Below, one piece after another: positions 13,030-25,287 of a stretch of 64,000 nt of DNA (its first letter is position 1; every line of letters begins with the position of its first letter). Both the position numbers and the translations under genes were made by a program. The stretch is taken from positions 21,576,001 to 21,640,000 of the forward strand of contig NC_043022.1 in the NCBI RefSeq assembly GCF_006345805.1, given 5' to 3'. Origin of the DNA: Octopus sinensis. Taxonomy: Eukaryota. A model generated the notes under the pieces. That model did not search any database and was not told where the DNA came from. It worked only from the letters and a program-made list of their open reading frames with translations.

Positions 13030-13191
13030 CAAATATATACGACGGGTTCTTTCAGTTTTCCGTCAACCAAATCCACTCACAAGGCTTTGGTCTGCCCGAG
13101 GCTATAGTAGAAGACACTTGCCCAAGGTGCCACGCAGTGGGACTGAACCCAGAACCATGTGGTTGGTAAACAAGCTACTTACCACACAGCC
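12756..13191 (-). mobile_element. SINE family A
   Basis: Matches family A; long internal (TA)n. Confidence 0.92.
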
Positions 13192-13627
13192 AAAGGAATT
13201 GCTTGTTAGACTAGAAACAAATATTTTACAGCTAGATTCACTCTTTATTCCTTAAGTCAACTGATCTGTGAAAGGAGAGCAAATAAACCGGTGTACAGAA
13301 ATAGTACAGAAAATGAGTTTAATAAATAATCTCACACTATACTTTATATACGATAATTCTGGTAAACAAGGGCTGACTTTTCATTCCTTCACTGGTTTGG
13401 AAACACACAAAAAATAGTACACTGTTGATGTTAGATGCACTTTATACACAGGTGCCCTACATTAAAATTTTTTTTTTTCTTTTCAGATGAGGTAGTTTTT
13501 AACCTGCTAGAAATAGCATACGAATCTTTCTCAAAGCTGAGAAAAGAAGGACACATTAAACAATGTAGTCTTGGATGCACACTGCCCATAACATGGTAGA
13601 ACTGTTCAATCCTTTGGGAATAAATAA

Positions 13628-13912
13628 CATCATCATCATCGTTTAACGTCCGCTTTCCATGCTAGCATGGGTTGGACGATTTTGACTGAGGGCTGGCGAG
13701 CCAGATGGCTGCACCAGGCTCCAATCTTGATCTGGCAGAGTTTCTACAGCTTGATGCCCTCCCTAACACCAACCACTCCGAGAATATAGTGGGTGCTTTT
13801 TACATGCCACCAGCACGGGGGGCCAGTCAGGCGGCACTGGCAACGACCTCGCTCAAATCTTTTTACACGTGCCACCAGCACAGGTACCAGTGAAGCGACG
13901 TTGGAAACGATC
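13628..13912 (-). mobile_element. SINE family D with two internal subrepeats
   Basis: (CAT)n tail followed by CGTTTAACGTCCGCTTTCCATGCTAGCATGGGTTGG. Confidence 0.88.
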
Positions 13913-13924
13913 ATTTTAAAATAA

Positions 13925-14878
13925 TGGTTTCAAATTTTGGCACAAGGCCTGTAATTTTGGCACAAGGCCTGTAATTTTGGGGTAGAGGTTAAACCGAAAA
14001 TATCAACCCCTATGTCCAACTGGTACTTATTTTATCAACTTCAAAAGGATCAAAGGCAAAGTCGACCCTGTCAAAATTTGAACTCAGAACATACAGACAG
14101 ACAAAATGCCGCTGAGCAAATGATTCTACCAAATAATAATAATTGTTTCAAACATGAAATTTTACGAAGGGGGTTAGCTGTTACCCTCAGCCCCTGTTGT
14201 TTACTTGAACTATATTTCATTGACTCCGAAAGAATGAAAGGCAAAGTTGATCTCAGTGAAAGCTGAAATCAGAATATAGGGAGTCAAAAGAAATACCACA
14301 AAGTATTTTCTCCAATACTCTATCTAGTCTGCCAATCTACCACCATTTTTAATAGATATAATTAAACACTGTAAGGCATTTTAATTAGTGGTTATCCACT
14401 TAATCACATACTCTAATAGCATACAATAATTAGGTCTAATTTAAGCACAGGGTCGGCAATTTTGCAGAGATGAGGTCAGCTGATTATATTGACCCCAGTA
14501 TTTGACTGGTTATTTTTTTTTTTTTTATCAAACACTGAGGGGTGGAAAGCAAAGTTACTGTGGTAGCATTTGAACTTAAATTGTAAAGAACCGGAACAAT
14601 ACCACAAAGCATTACATAAAGATTCAGCCAATTCACACACTTCTAATGATGCTTTTAGGTTTTGGTGCAAGACCAGCAATTTCAAGAGGAGGGGGAAGTT
14701 TAGGGTAGGTCAATTAGATTGACTCCAGTGCTCAACTGGTACTTATTTTATTGACCCCAAAAGAACAAACGACAAAGTCAACCTCAGTGGAATTTGAACT
14801 CAGAACATAAAGATGGACAAAATGCTGCCAAGAATTCTGCCCGATGTGCTAATGGTTCTGCCAGCCCGGTGCCTTACA
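13925..14878 (-). mobile_element. Cluster of about four decayed family-B SINEs, same orientation
   Basis: Repeated TTTTGGCACAAGGCC...CTGGTACTTATTTTAT...GGCAAAGTCGACC...GAACTCAGAAC blocks. Confidence 0.7.
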
Positions 14879-14888
14879 CGCTTCTTAA

Positions 14889-15379
14889 TCTATATATATA
14901 AAACTGTAGTTGTGTGAGTGTCTGTCCCCTTCGATTTAGATTCCTAACTACTCCCACATTTTGCGGTGCAGTTTAACCAAATTCGGGTATCTTATAGTCG
15001 TGATTCATATCGAGCCCGTCTGGGTATTAGCGCGCATCTACGATGAGTCTATGATTTTAATAAAAATTTACCATCAATTTTTCCATTTTAATGCATTTTT
15101 CGCTATTATATAAGGGAAGTAACTCTCTAAAAATGTCTACGATGAGTCAACGATTAAAAAAAAAAATTACCATCATTTTTTATTCCATTTTAATGCATTT
15201 TTCGCTATTATATAAGGGAAGTAACTCTCTAAAAATGTCTACGATGTGTCAACGACTTAAAAAAAAAATTACCATCATTTTTTATTCCATTTTTAATGCA
15301 TTTTTTGCTATAACTCACTAAAAATGCTTATATAGTTATTTCCCTTACAAACCCGAGCAACGCCGGGCGATACTGCTAG
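14889..15379 (+). mobile_element. Complete non-autonomous Helitron
   Basis: 5' TC after A; subterminal hairpin CCCG-AGCAACGC-CGGG (15352-15367); 3' CTAG before T; internal 102-bp tandem repeat. Confidence 0.88.
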
Positions 15380-15868
15380 TGATGAATAATAATTATATCT
15401 TTTATTTGCCACAAGGACAATAGACAAGGCAACATCACATGGACAGTTTTACAAAAAGTGATGGTGGAGTTACAATGAAATTGTAATGAAATCAAAATGT
15501 TTCCTTAGCCTACTGGGGCTAGGGAATTATATCAGGATTAGACTGATTGTTTACTTAATTGATACCAGAAGCAAAGTTGATCCCAGCAGGATTTGAAGTC
15601 AAAACACAAAGGGAGATAACACAACAAATATGCAAGTGAGGAGTGTATTCAAATAAACTAACCCCCAAAATTTGGGAGAGGAGGTTTAGTTAATACTATC
15701 AGTCCTAATATTTGTCTGCTATTTTATTTTATCAACTTTGGGTGAGAGGTTGAAAGGCAAGGCTGATCCTGGCGAGACTTGAACTCAGAAATTAAAAGCC
15801 AGAAGACAAGTCATTTTTTCTGACATTCTACCAATTCTCTTAATTAAAGCAAGCTATAATAATTAACA

Positions 15869-16092
15869 TTAATCCTTTGGCATTCACGTTACTTTGTCAA
15901 ACGAAAGGCTTATTTATTCACTATGTTTTGAATTAACCATGTATTATCTTGTAGCTTCAAGATTTCAATGTAATTGTTTATTTTCATAATGACATTGTAG
16001 GGTAGGTGTGAGAGGCTAGATCTGGCCAGTTTGAACATAAAATAGGTTAACATATTTTAGCCAGATGTGGCCGGTTTGGATGTTAAAGAGTT
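15869..16092. mobile_element. Degenerate MITE P1
   Basis: TTAATCCTTTGGCATTC...GTTAAAGAGTT. Confidence 0.75.
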
Positions 16093-16230
16093 CATCTCAG
16101 GATTAGACAAGGCTTTGGTCGGCCCGAGGCTATAGTAGAAGACACTTGCCCAAGGTGCCACGCAGTGGGACTGAACCCGGAACCATGTGGTTGGTAAGCA
16201 AGCTACTTACCACACAGCCACTCCTACACC

Positions 16231-16269
<39 letters not shown>

Positions 16270-16443
16270 CATGTTATATTACTTTATAACATATCTTCTT
16301 TACATATATGCTGACATATAAAAAAACAATCAAATCCTGTTGTGTTTGTTAACCAGACCTTCAACTCTCATAACAAAAATGATCCATCTTCACTCTAAAA
16401 AGAATGCATGCTTCATTGCTTTCCTCACCCACCTTCTACTCTC

Positions 16444-16447
<4 letters not shown>

Positions 16448-16488
<41 letters not shown>

Positions 16489-16653
16489 TAAACACCAAAC
16501 ACAGCATACACACACTACAAATACATACACCCACATGTATCACAAACACACCCACACATACACACGCAGTTGATTTAGCTTTATCCACTAACCTGTGGGT
16601 TTCTCAAAAATATGTGTATGTACATGTGTGTGTGTGTGTGTGTGTGTGTATGT

Positions 16654-16729
<76 letters not shown>

Positions 16730-16745
16730 ATGCATGTGTGTATGT
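16448..16745. repeat. (CA)n-rich tract followed by (TG)n-rich tract
   Basis: Directly visible microsatellites. Confidence 0.95.
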
Positions 16746-17112
16746 GTTGTTTCCTCATTCACATCCACACATCTTAAGACTATAATACACCATAGTCTTA
16801 TTTTCTCAACAATTTCATTTCAATTTTCTACTTTTAACTCCTGAAAATTGTACAACAAATATATTACATATGTTCCTGTTCCTATGGAGAGGTGCTTTTG
16901 ATATTTCAGGCTATGACTTTCTATAGAACACTGCCTGAAAAGGTCTGAGCTTCAGATTTTCTCAGGAAGATTGATGCTCCACCTAAAACATCTGAAATTA
17001 TGACCTTCAGACTTCTACATAAAGGCACTCTAGAAAAGAATAAGATCTGAGCTTTAGATTTCTTCAGGACACCACCTGACGCATCTAAAGTTTGATATCA
17101 AGATTTTTTCTT

Positions 17113-17340
17113 TTAACCCTTTAGTGTTCAGATTACTCTGTTAAATGTAATACTTTTTCACTCAAATTGTTTTGAATTAATCATACATTATCTTATAGCT
17201 TTGAGGTTTCAATGATGTGATTGTTTGTTTTTAGAATATCAATGTAGGTTAGGTGTGAGAGGCTAGATATCACCCGTTTGAATGTAAAACATGTAGGATA
17301 TCTGGGCCAGATATGGCCGATTTAAACACTAAAGGGTTAA
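17113..17340. mobile_element. MITE P1
   Basis: TTAA-CCCTTTAGTGTT...AACACTAAAGGG-TTAA. Confidence 0.9.
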
Positions 17341-17495
17341 ATAACGCTATCTGAAATGTCACACTCACCTCTCATCAAGACACATAATTTTGGTAGCTGC
17401 TTTTTCACCCACACAAGCCCTTCGTAGTTTCTTCATATTGTAAGATTTTTTGGTATTTACAAAGATATGGAACTACATGAAGAAGCTGAGAGAGT

Positions 17496-17731
17496 AGGCA
17501 TAGCTGTGTGGTAAGAAGAGAGTGTAGTGGGTGCTTTTACGGTGGCACATAAAAGCACCCACTACACTCTTGGAGTGGTTGGTGTTAGGGAGGGCATCCA
17601 GCTGTAGAAACTCTGCCAGATCAGATTGGAGTCTGGTGCAGCAATCTGGTTCGCCAGACCTCAGTCAAATCATCCAACCCATGCTAGCATGGAAAGCGGA
17701 TGTTAAACAATGACAATGATGATGATGATGA
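17496..17731 (+). mobile_element. SINE family D 3' part with a 21-bp inverted 5' segment
   Basis: Family D core and (GAT)n tail; perfect inverted repeat 17519-17539/17550-17570. Confidence 0.8.
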
Positions 17732-18798
17732 ACACATACACATTCTGTTTTCTTTTCACCTGCCTCCCCCTCCCTTCCCATACACATACAAAACTTTAAA
17801 AATGATATTATGGTCGAGCATGTAATAGTGAAAACCTCCAGCATTCTTGGCTCCCAGACCATATTCCTGTTCACTGCTATCAAGACGGAGATGGCTGTCC
17901 ACAAATGCAAGCCCTGTGAACCAGAGTAGCTATTCCAGTGCATTTTCCTTGCCATCCCCTGGGACAACAACTTTCCTGTTTTGTCTGTTGGGGCCATGGG
18001 AAATGTTTCCAAAAATGATATTATTTTGTTGATTCTATTCAAGAAAGACAATAAAAAAAAAATGGAAAGAAATAAAGCATATGCCCAGATTGCCTCAACT
18101 TCTTTTTTTGTCCTCATCATCATCACCATCATCAGCGGTATTATCTGGTATTTATATATTCAAATGAAATCATTAAATGCAAACATATTCAGAAAGTGAC
18201 TTTCTTTTGAAAGGATGCAATTAAAAGAAAGTGATGGTAGCAGACAGACAGCAAGGGAGGAATGAGGTTGGGTTGAAATCGTACAAAAAATACATAAGAT
18301 TATATTTTTTTTAAACAAGAACACATAAACCAACACACATATACACAGAGTAAAAGAAGAAAACAAAAGACATCTTTGATATAGATTTAAAACTAAAATA
18401 ATACAATAATATGACATCACTTTAGCAAAAATTTGTATAGAAGCATGTTAAGTGAATACAGAGCTTTCGTTAGACAGCACCTATTAGAGGGAAAAACCAA
18501 ATCGTTTAGGCCAAAAACACTAGATAAATCAATAAGTCTGTCTGTCTGTCTGTCAAATGATCTATCTCTTTCTCACACACATACAAATGAACATCAAATA
18601 CACAGTTACATGATTTATGAAGTAAAACAAATTGCCTCTGTGAATTTTTTTAAAACAATTATTGTTTCAAAGAGATTGGATGTAAAAAAGCATAAAGGAA
18701 AAAACCAATTAAGATATATTTAACTCCTGCCCTCAACCCACAGGAACATGTAATAATCAAAGACAAAACAGGATTTCTAGCCTAGCTATTCTATATTT

Positions 18799-19248
18799 TT
18801 AACCCTTTAACCCTTTCGTTACTGTATTTATTTTGAGATGCTCTGAGTTTCTTTCAATTATTTTAAATGTAACAAAGAATTTAGTAAAATAACTTAGTTA
18901 TCATTAAGCTAGTGTTAGGAACATAACTTGTGACTAATGTTTGGTGGAAAATTTTAATTCAAAACTTATGAAAATGAAACATTTGTAGTACAGATCCAGA
19001 GCTGGTTTCAGCTGGGTTGGTAACAAAAGGGTTAACATTTAAACTGACCATATCTGGCCCAAATATTCTACCTCTTTTATGTTTAAACTGGCCAGATGTG
19101 ACCTCCCACACCAACCATACGATATCATTCGCAAAGCTAACAGTCACCTCATCAAAACCTCAAAGCTACAAGATAATGCATGATTAATTAAAGACAATAT
19201 GAATAAATAAGCATTACTTTTGAGAGAATGTGAATGCTAAAGGGTTAA
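18799..19248. mobile_element. MITE P2 (18807-19035) nested in MITE P1
   Basis: TTAACCCT-[TTAACCCTTTCGTTAC...GTAACAAAAGGGTTAA]-CATTTAAACTGACC...GCTAAAGGGTTAA. Confidence 0.88.
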
Positions 19249-19740
19249 GAGTCAACTCTTTTAATCCTGATCAAGAAACATCTATAGGCGTAGGAGTGAC
19301 TGTGTGGTAAGTAGCTTGCTTACGAACCACATGGTTCCGGGCTAGTGTCTTCTACTATAGCCCTGGGCCGACCAAAGCCTTGTGAGTGGATTTGGTAGAC
19401 GGAAACTGAAAGAAGCCCATCGTATATATGCAATCCAGAGATCCTATCTCCACTGAAATAATTCTGTACATCCTGACATGCTGTGGTTAACTGAATGTAG
19501 TGTATTACTGCAATTTGAGAATATTCCATTTTCTCCTCTGTTCAGTCTGTTTTTATATGCCTGTAGAAATGAAGCCTAGCTTTTTCTTTTCCATTGTGGC
19601 TGCCACCTGATGCTCTTTATTGCCAACTGTGTAAAACTAACAATTGAAGTTCTTCCACCTCTTCATAATAAATATCTTATCACAAGCCAATGAGATGTTA
19701 CAAGTGGCAGGTAAATTTCTCTCAAATTACATGCCAATTT

Positions 19741-19937
19741 TTAACCCTTTAGCATTCAGATTACTTGTTTTAAATTAATTATACATTATTTGATAGCTTC
19801 AAAATTTTGATGTGATTGTAAATTGTTAGAATGACATTGTAGAATAGGTGTGAGACGCCAGATCTGGCTGGCTTGAATATAAAACAGATAGAATATATTT
19901 GGGCCAGATACAACCAGTTCCAATACTAAAGGGTCAA
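19741..19937. mobile_element. MITE P1
   Basis: TTAACCCTTTAGCATTCAGATTAC...ACTAAAGGGTCAA. Confidence 0.85.
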
Positions 19938-20330
19938 AAAGCAACACATTGGATAATGGAGCTGATAACGATAATGAGTCCTAAACACTCTCTATCTGAA
20001 TTCTGAGCAAAAATGGGATGTTCAAGAACTGCTGAATGATCAGCGCTGACTGTGAACAAAACAATGATAAAGACAAATATCTCACTAATCCCCTTCCTCT
20101 TTTGTTATTGGAAGATCAGGTGTGAACATGGGATTTCTACTTCAACAACCTCTAAGTGTGAAATGATAGAAGATAAAATATATTTGGTGAACAATGAAGA
20201 ACTAAAAAAAAAATTTTAACAGTTTTTCTGAGTAAGGCGTTAAAAGCAATTTATTGAAAACTGATTTTCCTTTCACTTCTTTATCCGAAGCCATTAATGC
20301 AGTGTATTAGAGGTTATATAAGTAGTTCGA

Positions 20331-20929
20331 GGCGGCGAGCTGGCAGAACCGTTAGCACGCCAAGCGAAATGCTTAGCGGTATTTCGTCTGTCGTTACATT
20401 CTGAGTTCAAATTCCGCCGAGGTCGACTTTCCCTTTCATCCTTTCGGGGTCAATAAATAAAGTACCAGTTTCGCACTGGGTCGATATAATCGACTTAATC
20501 CCTTTGTCTGTCCTTGTTTGTCCCCTCTGTGTTTAGCCCCTTGTGGGTAATAAAGAAATAGGTATTTCGTCTGTCGTTACGTTCTGAGTTCAAATTACGC
20601 CGAGGTCGACTTTCCCTTTCATCCTTTCGGGGTCGATAAATAATGTACCAGTTTCGCACTGGGTCGATATAATTGACTTAATCCCTTTGTTTGTCCTTGT
20701 TTGTCCCCTCTATGTTTAGCCCCTTGTGGGTAATAAAGAAATAGGTATTTCGTCTGTCGTTACGTTCTGAGTTCAAATTACGCCGAGGTCGACTTTCCCT
20801 TTCATCCTTTCGGGGTCGATAAATAATGTACCAGTTTCGCACTGGGTCGATATAATCGACTTAATCCCTTTGTTTGTCCTTGTTTGTCCCCTCTATGTTT
20901 AGCCCCTTGTGGGCAATAAAGAAATATAT
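20331..20929 (+). mobile_element. SINE family B with triplicated 183-bp body and 16-bp TSD
   Basis: Head GGCGGCGAGCTGGCAGAACCGTTAGCACG; units start 20378, 20561, 20744; ATATAAGTAGTTCGAG at 20316-20331 and 20930-20945. Confidence 0.93.
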
Positions 20930-21201
20930 ATATAAGTAGTTCGAGTCAGTCTAAACATTAGAGAAACAACTTCCTCCCTGGATGTAATGCCAGATTATAG
21001 CAAATTTATTTTTGACACCTCAGCCTTGGTAGATTTTTTATTCACTACTACAAAGGTAGCAAAATCTCATAGTCTACAAATAACCATTTCATATCACTTT
21101 TGTCTTCAATCAGTAATTCTTTTAGGAAAGCATGAATATTTCAACTTCAACGTATCGTTAAAACTTTAGGTTTGGGTCATGCTTACATACAAAATATACG
21201 A

Positions 21202-21385
21202 TAGGGTGCTGAAAAATTCATGGCTTTAAGGGTACTGTAAAAAAGCCTGTTTGGAGGCCCAAACTTGTGAGTTTTTTCACAGGGCTTAGAAAAACTGAAG
21301 GACTACTGCAATTGAATAAAATCATAATTGACTGATCCTCCTGTATTTTCTTTTACCCAAAATCAAGGACTTTTCAGCACCACTT
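21202..21385. mobile_element. Tc1/mariner-type MITE
   Basis: Terminal inverted repeats GGGTGCTGAAAA.../...TTTTCAGCACC; related copies at 25.3, 30.8 and 51.6 kb. Confidence 0.75.
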
Positions 21386-21641
21386 TATAAGCACTACAAT
21401 TAGAACAACTACCGCAACCACCACTACAAACATTACAATCATTATCACTACTACTGCTACCACCAAACCACCAGCAACACCTCCTCCACCACCACCACTA
21501 CCACTATCTCTATAATTGTTTAGAAGTGTTAGGAATAAAATTACATCTTTTCAACAAAAACTTACAAACCAAATCTTTACAAAATATATATTTTCTTTTC
21601 TAAGTTCTTTAACATCAATTCACAACACACACAAACACATA

Positions 21642-21713
<72 letters not shown>

Positions 21714-22159
21714 TCACTTTCTCACATTTCCACTTCCTTCTCTCTTCTCTTTCCTCTCTGGAATATCAACAACTACTGTGCAATTGAAAAGCAGATACTC
21801 AAAGATTTTGTTTTTTTTTCATCAACACTATTATTATTAATTATTTCTATAAAGCTTTTCTATTGTTTTTTTCTTTCGCTTTTTTTTTTTGTATTCATCT
21901 TTCTCCATAATTCTGCTTTTTAATTTTTTTTTTTTTTTTCCAACAGGAAAACACAATCAACAAGTTTAGCACAGATCACACAGCTGACATCTCTTTTTCT
22001 ACATATCAAATCAATATATTCAAGTGGTGAGCAGAACAGAATAAAAAGTGCAATGAAAACAAGATGAGTTATCACTTACAACCATTTCTTTTTAATTTCT
22101 ATTGTAGATTTCTACTAAGATAAATCATCAAAGGTTTTATTAAATAAATGAGTTATGTA

Positions 22160-22229
22160 GACGTATGCAAATATAATACATATATATACACACAAATATA
22201 ATACATACATATATATGTATATACATACA

Positions 22230-22260
<31 letters not shown>

Positions 22261-22286
22261 GATATATATATATATATACTACATAC

Positions 22287-22357
<71 letters not shown>

Positions 22358-22623
22358 CATACATAATACATATATATATATACATACATACATACATATA
22401 TATATATATACATACATACATATATATATATACATACATATATACATATATATATATATACATACATACATAATATATATATATATACATACATACAACA
22501 TATATATATACATACATACATACATATATATATATACATACATACATACATATATATATATACATACATAACATATATATATATACATACATACATACAT
22601 ATATATACATACATACATACATA

Positions 22624-22703
<80 letters not shown>

Positions 22704-22715
22704 ACATACATACAT
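22160..22715. repeat. Compound (TA)n/(CATA)n/(CA)n microsatellite
   Basis: Directly visible. Confidence 0.97.
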
Positions 22716-23038
22716 ATTAGTGTGGCTATAATTAATTCCAGGTTAACAAAGGTTTGCATACATCAGCAAATTATTTTTTGCTGTTTATATACAAGAACAG
22801 CAATTCTTAGTGGGCCATGAACAATGGATTCAGTGTCTGTAGCTGATGAAGCGCAATGACGCAGAAATGTGTGTCCTGTAGCCCAATGATGTCATTTATA
22901 ACTCTGTGTAGTGTATTTTCACACACATTGTCTGTAAGGAGAATTTTTCTCCTGAGGCAGTTTCCTCAGCAAAGGTCTTCCCATGTCTGAATGCACATGA
23001 ATGTGTTAAATAATATAAAATCTGAATCAGTATTGCAT

Positions 23039-23430
23039 ACTCTTTACTCTTTACTCTTTTACTTGTTTCAGTCATTTGACTGCGGCCATGCTGGAGCACC
23101 GCCTTTTAGTCGAGCAAATCGACCCTAGGACTTATTTTTTTGTAAACCTAGTACTTATTCTATCAGTCTCTAGTGCCGAACCGCTAAGTTACGGGGATAT
23201 AAACACACCAGCATCAGTTGTCAAGCGATGTTGGGGGGACAAACACAGACACACAAACATATACACACACATACATATATATATACATATATACGACAGG
23301 CTTCTTTCAGTTTCCATCAACCAAATCCACTCACAAGGCTTTGGTCGGCCCGAGGCTATAGTAGAAGACACTTGCCCAAGGTACCACGCAGTGGGACTGA
23401 ACCCGGAACTGTGTGATTGGTAAGCAAGCT
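23039..23430 (-). mobile_element. SINE family A
   Basis: Matches family A; 5' head slightly truncated. Confidence 0.9.
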
Positions 23431-24029
23431 AAAAACTTTTGCTGCAAACACTAGCTTCATAATAACTGCTTCAAATTTTGGCACAAGGCCAGCAATTTTA
23501 TGGGAAGGGGCTAATCAATTAGATCAAATCCAGTACTTGACTGGTACTTTATTTTATCGACCCAGGGACGATGACTGACAAAGCTGACATCAGCATGATA
23601 AGGATGGCCATTCCCATTGATTTCAACATATGAGTGTTTGAAGGAGAGGATTTATAATAAAAAAAAAGGGTTAAAAATAAAAGAAGTTGCATCTATTTGC
23701 GATGGATGTGTGAATGTAATTTGAGTCCAGGAATGGATTTTGCTACAAAGTCACAATGGGGACAATGATAATTTTGGTTAAGCCTGAGATTGGGCAAATG
23801 TGTTTGTTGCTTGCAGGATATTGTTCTGTTTCTTCAACTTAAATTATTTAGATGCATCATGACACATTTTACACCACTCAGATTGATCTCAGCAATAACT
23901 TCCCCCAAGGTGTCAAATTAAGCTGTAGGGATTTTAGCAATTGCTTCAAGTTGGATTCCTTCTACTTGCTGGTCACAGAAAAAAAATTTTTAAGTGTGGT
24001 CATCATACATTCAAACATGTCCTACCCAT

Positions 24030-24084
<55 letters not shown>

Positions 24085-24112
24085 CACTACCACTACCACT
24101 ACTACCACTATC

Positions 24113-24150
<38 letters not shown>

Positions 24151-24199
24151 CACTACTACTACCACTACCACTACCACTACTACTACTACTACTACTACT
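24030..24199. repeat. (ACT)n/(ACC)n trinucleotide microsatellite
   Basis: Directly visible; lies next to a P1 MITE end (GCTAAAGGGTTAA at ~24228). Confidence 0.97.
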
Positions 24200-24237
24200 A
24201 AACAAAAATCTGAATGCTAAAGGGTTAATGTAGCTGA

Positions 24238-24291
24238 AGCTTGTGGAAGAGAGTGACCCATGTTTTCCTGGGTCACTCTCTTCCACAAGCT
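24238..24291. other. Perfect 23-bp inverted repeat with 8-nt loop
   Basis: AGCTTGTGGAAGAGAGTGACCCA-TGTTTTCC-TGGGTCACTCTCTTCCACAAGCT. Confidence 0.95.
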
Positions 24292-24330
24292 ACTACTACA
24301 CACATAAACAAAGAGTTACTCATACTAGCA

Positions 24331-24419
<89 letters not shown>

Positions 24420-25287
24420 GCACGTAGGTATATATCTAAGAGAAGTAGCAAAATCTACAGCACAAAGCATGAGAGAAAACAAAAAGTGAGAAAGTGAATC
24501 AAGCAGATAAATACCAAGAGAAATGGATACAATATTGAATCCTTAACAGCTCTTTTGATTCAAAACCCACCTGAGACCTCCTCTAATCCTAAAGTCAAAA
24601 GTATCTCATTTCTAACCTCATTTCTAATGCCCAAGGTGCCACGCTGTGGGAACCTTGGGCAAGTATCTATACAAACGTAGATAGCATGTTTGTATTTTGT
24701 TGCAATTATTGTCATAAAAGGGTTAAAGATAGGTGCTACCAGTGATTTTATCTATAAAGGAAAAACATACAACAAGAAATACAACAATCGATAAACTAAT
24801 CAATATTCAAACAGCAAATAAGTGATCAGAGAAGTTGTTTGAATATAAAATTTAGAAATACAAAGTTGTCAATAACTGAAGAATAGAATATCGGAAAAAG
24901 AAACAATGTCTGTGTGTACATCTTGGTATTTGTGTGGTGCTGGGAAAACTGTGAAGTATGAAAGAAACATATCAAGAACTCCCACAGTATGTAATTATAA
25001 TGGTTTCATACTTTGGCACAGCGCCAGTAATTTTGATGGGCGGAGGCCAGCTAATTAAACTGACCCCAGTACTCAACTAGCACTTTATTTTATTGACACC
25101 AAAAGGATGTAGGGTAAAGATGACCTCAGTGGAATTTGAACTCAGAACATAAAGAGCCAGGAAAAATGCCGCAAAGCATTTTTTGTCTGGCACACTAACA
25201 ATTCTGCTAGCTTGCTGTCTTTATAATTCTTTCAAATTTTGGTTCAAGGCCAATGATTTTAGGAAGAGCAGTTAGTTAAATACAAGG

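Noticed and set aside
22115-24497. Poly-YI, poly-T, poly-S, poly-Y and LS/TH repeat ORFs
   Set aside because: Microsatellite translations
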